Made by a program: the position numbers and the translations under genes
Assembly: GCA_010909165.1 (NCBI GenBank)
Contig: MU008166.1
Location: 992,001-1,056,000 of the forward strand
DNA length: 64,000 bases
Reading direction: 5' to 3'
Origin: Anthoceros angustus
Lineage: Eukaryota > Plantae > Anthocerotophyta
The notes under the pieces: model-generated
Seen by the model: only the letters and a program-made list of their open reading frames with translations
The model's database searches: none
Told to the model about the DNA's origin: nothing
Shown here: piece after piece, positions 61,122 to 64,000 of the stretch
Layout: each line of letters opens with the position of its first letter
How positions within the stretch are numbered: the stretch's first letter is position 1

Positions 61122-63327
61122 ATGAGCTGCATCATGACCGGAGCAGGAGCAGGAGGAGGAGGAGGCGGAGGCGGAACAGGAGCTGGAGGCCCTGCTGCGC
61201 AGCTGCAGCTGCCGCCCGGCTTCAGGTTCCACCCCACCGATGAGGAATTGGTGGTGCACTACCTGTCCAAGAAGGCGAATTCGCATCCCTTCTCGCTGCC
61301 CGTGATTGCGGAAATTGATCTCTACAAGTTCGATCCCTGGGACTTGCCAGGTCGGATGATCTTCCACCCTCTCCTCTCCTCTCCTCTCCTCTGCTTTTGC
61401 TTTGCTTCTTTCATTGCTTGATTGCTTCCTTGCTTTCCTTCCTTGTTGCCCGGTGCAACAACAACGACAACACCAACAACAACAACAACAACAATAACCA
61501 CGACAACAAAGGATTGACGTGGTTCATGTGCTTGTTTGTGGGTGCAGAGAGGGCGATTTTCGGGGAGAGGGAGTGGTACTTCTTCAGTCCCAGAGACCGG
61601 AAGTATCCCAACGGGGCCAGGCCCAACAGAGCTGCAGCCTCTGGCTACTGGAAGGCCACGGGGACCGACAAGCCCATCCACACCTTCGGGGGGGCGCAGA
61701 AGATTGGAGTGAAGAAGGCGCTGGTGTTCTACAAAGGGCGGGCTCCCAAGGGCGTGAAGACCAACTGGATCATGCACGAGTACCGCCTGGCGGACAGCCA
61801 TGGCTCCACCAACTCCTCCTCGCTGCCCAGCAGGAAGGGCTCCCTGCGGGTAAGGCCGTGATCCTTCCAGGAAGCTCGCCGTGCCTCGCTTGCGATTGCT
61901 TGGGAAGGTTTGCCATTGGCAATGCAATCTGAATGCCTTTGCCTGACCGGAGTCTTGTGTTGTGGCCGCAGCTGGACGACTGGGTGCTGTGCCGAATCTA
62001 CAAGAAGAGCACCAATGCGCAGAGGGCGGGGAAGGAGCGGGACAACTCGTCCTGCGTGGAGGAGGTGCTGGCGTCCCTGCCGGAGATTGATGACCCCAAG
62101 CTGGTGCTGCCGCGGCTGGGCTCCTTCGATGCCTTCATGGAGGCGTCGCCGGAGGACCACGTCATGGGGAGCTTCTTCTCCGGGGAGAATTCGTCGGAGG
62201 ATCACCTCGGGGAGGAGTCGGAGCGCACTCTGAATTGCTCCATCAAGTCGGAGATCGCGAGCCAGAGCGTGGTGGGGGGGAAGCGGATGGGGGTCAACTC
62301 GCCCGCCAGCTCCATCAACCAGAAGAACAACAGCGGCAACACCAATAGCCTCATGGCCAGCAGCAGCACCGTCACCACTTCCAACATCTTCGACGCCGTC
62401 TTCCCCGACAACAACAGCGACCACGACGCCAAGCGCGCGCGATTCATGAACGAAGCTGGCCATGTGGATCAAGCCCACAACAACAACAACAGCGCTAGCG
62501 GCAGCAGCTGGAAGTGGCGCGGGCAAGCCCAGGCCGGGCCGCAGGGATTCCACCAATCCGAGGTGAAGGGGATGATGGTCAATCCGTTGAGAGGGAATGG
62601 AAACGGGGCTGCGGCTCTCAATGCGCACGAGCTCAACGAGCTGCTGTCCAGGGCCAGCACCAACGCCATGGGCAACCGCTTTCTGGGCGGAGGAGGAGGA
62701 GGAGGAGGAGGAGCGGCTCAGATTCTCAATCCCAACCTCTTGAGCCTTCCTCAGGGTCTGAATCTTCCTTCTCACCAGATGATGTCTGACAACCTGAGGA
62801 CCCATCAGGCTGCGGCGGCCCATCAGGCGGCTGCTGCTGCTGCTGCCGCAGCAGCAGCAGCCCCTCAGGCTCCTCTGAGCCAGACGGGGTCTCAGGCGGA
62901 GCATCAGTCTGTCATGGGACATGCCACTGTTGCTGCTGCCGCTCAGGGCTTGAACTTCCCCAGGCCGGAGTTTGAGGATGAGGCGCAGAGCAGCTTCAGG
63001 TCGTCTCCGGCCAACCGCAGCAACTTGACTACGGTCTTTCCTGCTCCTGCTGCTAACGCGGATGACCAGAGCTTGGACTCCATCGCCTACGGGATGCCCA
63101 CTGCTGATGGGCAGAGGGGGGAGGGGGACCTGTCCGGGCAGAGCAGGAGCATGCTGGGGCCGCTCCATCCTTTGCAGCATCAAGACAGCCTCGTGTCTCT
63201 GCTGGGAGGTGGATACCTGCCCAGCCTGGCTACCCACGGGCCTTACCAGCTTCACAGCCATCGCAGTGGTTCCTTCTACGACTTGATCATGGGCCAGGAT
63301 GTCGCCACTGGCCAGAGAGTGAACTGA
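61122..63327 (+). CDS. NAC-domain transcription factor, stress-responsive (ATAF/ANAC019-RD26-like); exons 61122-61350, 61548-61849, 61972-63327 (628 aa)
   Basis: [104 protein letters not shown] introns at the conserved NAC positions keep the frame (1887 nt). Confidence 0.97.
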
Positions 63328-64000
63328 CATGACACGCCTCCTGCTGGCTGCAGCCTGCAGCTAGTCTGTTGGTTTGACAACGTTCCCACGGCGCACACCG
63401 ATTCCAGACACAGGTTGCACATATGGTAGGAGATGGAGCAGGCTTCGTCGTCACTAGTCTGCTTCCGACGTACACGGCGAGGAGGAGGTCTTCTCAAGGT
63501 TTGTTCATTTGTTGCTGTGACATGACATTCAAGTCTAGAGGCCTCGACATGATTCCACCCACAAGTGAGCATGAGGGTACGGTATGGAAGAAGGAGACAA
63601 TGCCATGGGATCTTTCGGCAACCTTCCTTCTCTTTCGCATATATAAGTGCAGGGAAGTGAGCAAGGGGTTTTGGCATTGCAGCAGACGTGAAGGATTAGT
63701 CTGCAGGCAGCAAAGTATAAGAGCTGGGAGGGCTTCCTGCAGACCTTCCAGATCAGCGGCGATGTGCATCCTATCCTCCACAGCATCTGGCAGGCTTACG
63801 ATTCGCCCCCAACAACGCACGACAGTCACAACACACTTACAACAGTCAGCTTCAAGCTGCGAGGGGTCTTAACATCCATCAGCTCATCACCGACCATCTC
63901 CACGTCAATCTTCAGCAGCGATGAGTTTGGCGGCAGCAAGGCAACATCAGGATCCAAGCTTCAAGTGCCCGAGCAAATGAGGTTTGATTGTTCAACTTTT

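Noticed and set aside
61729-63330. 533-aa minus-strand ORF
   Set aside because: Antisense shadow of the GC-rich NAC exon 3.
63494-64000. Possible 3' end of a convergent minus-strand gene
   Set aside because: A donor-like gtaagt is present at ~63840, but no consistent frame or recognisable product could be supported.

Overview
Eukaryotic, seed-free land-plant-like DNA; the 'SWW' PG-box of the PPR gene and short introns suggest a hornwort, which is an inference. Two host genes are clear: a very long PLS-class PPR RNA-editing-factor gene (minus, ~6172-11543) and a 3-exon stress-type NAC transcription factor gene (plus, 61122-63327). Between them lie ~38 kb of nested transposons. (i) A large element (~13.6-27 kb) has a Sola-like DDD/E transposase (IDGMD / LQLDN / GHTHDQID) next to two tandem, intron-containing paralogues that encode a ParB/Srx-like domain fused to a beta-class N4-cytosine/N6-adenine DNA methyltransferase. 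This is the most striking finding. (ii) A second copy of the same transposase gene carries an internal inversion and a tandem duplication. (iii) That copy is split by a 15.2-kb CACTA/EnSpm element with perfect 29-bp CCCTA TIRs and a TCC target-site duplication. (iv) LTR-retroelement remnants follow. Frameshifts are concentrated in repeated DNA and may partly be unpolished long-read errors, so the 'pseudogene' calls are provisional.
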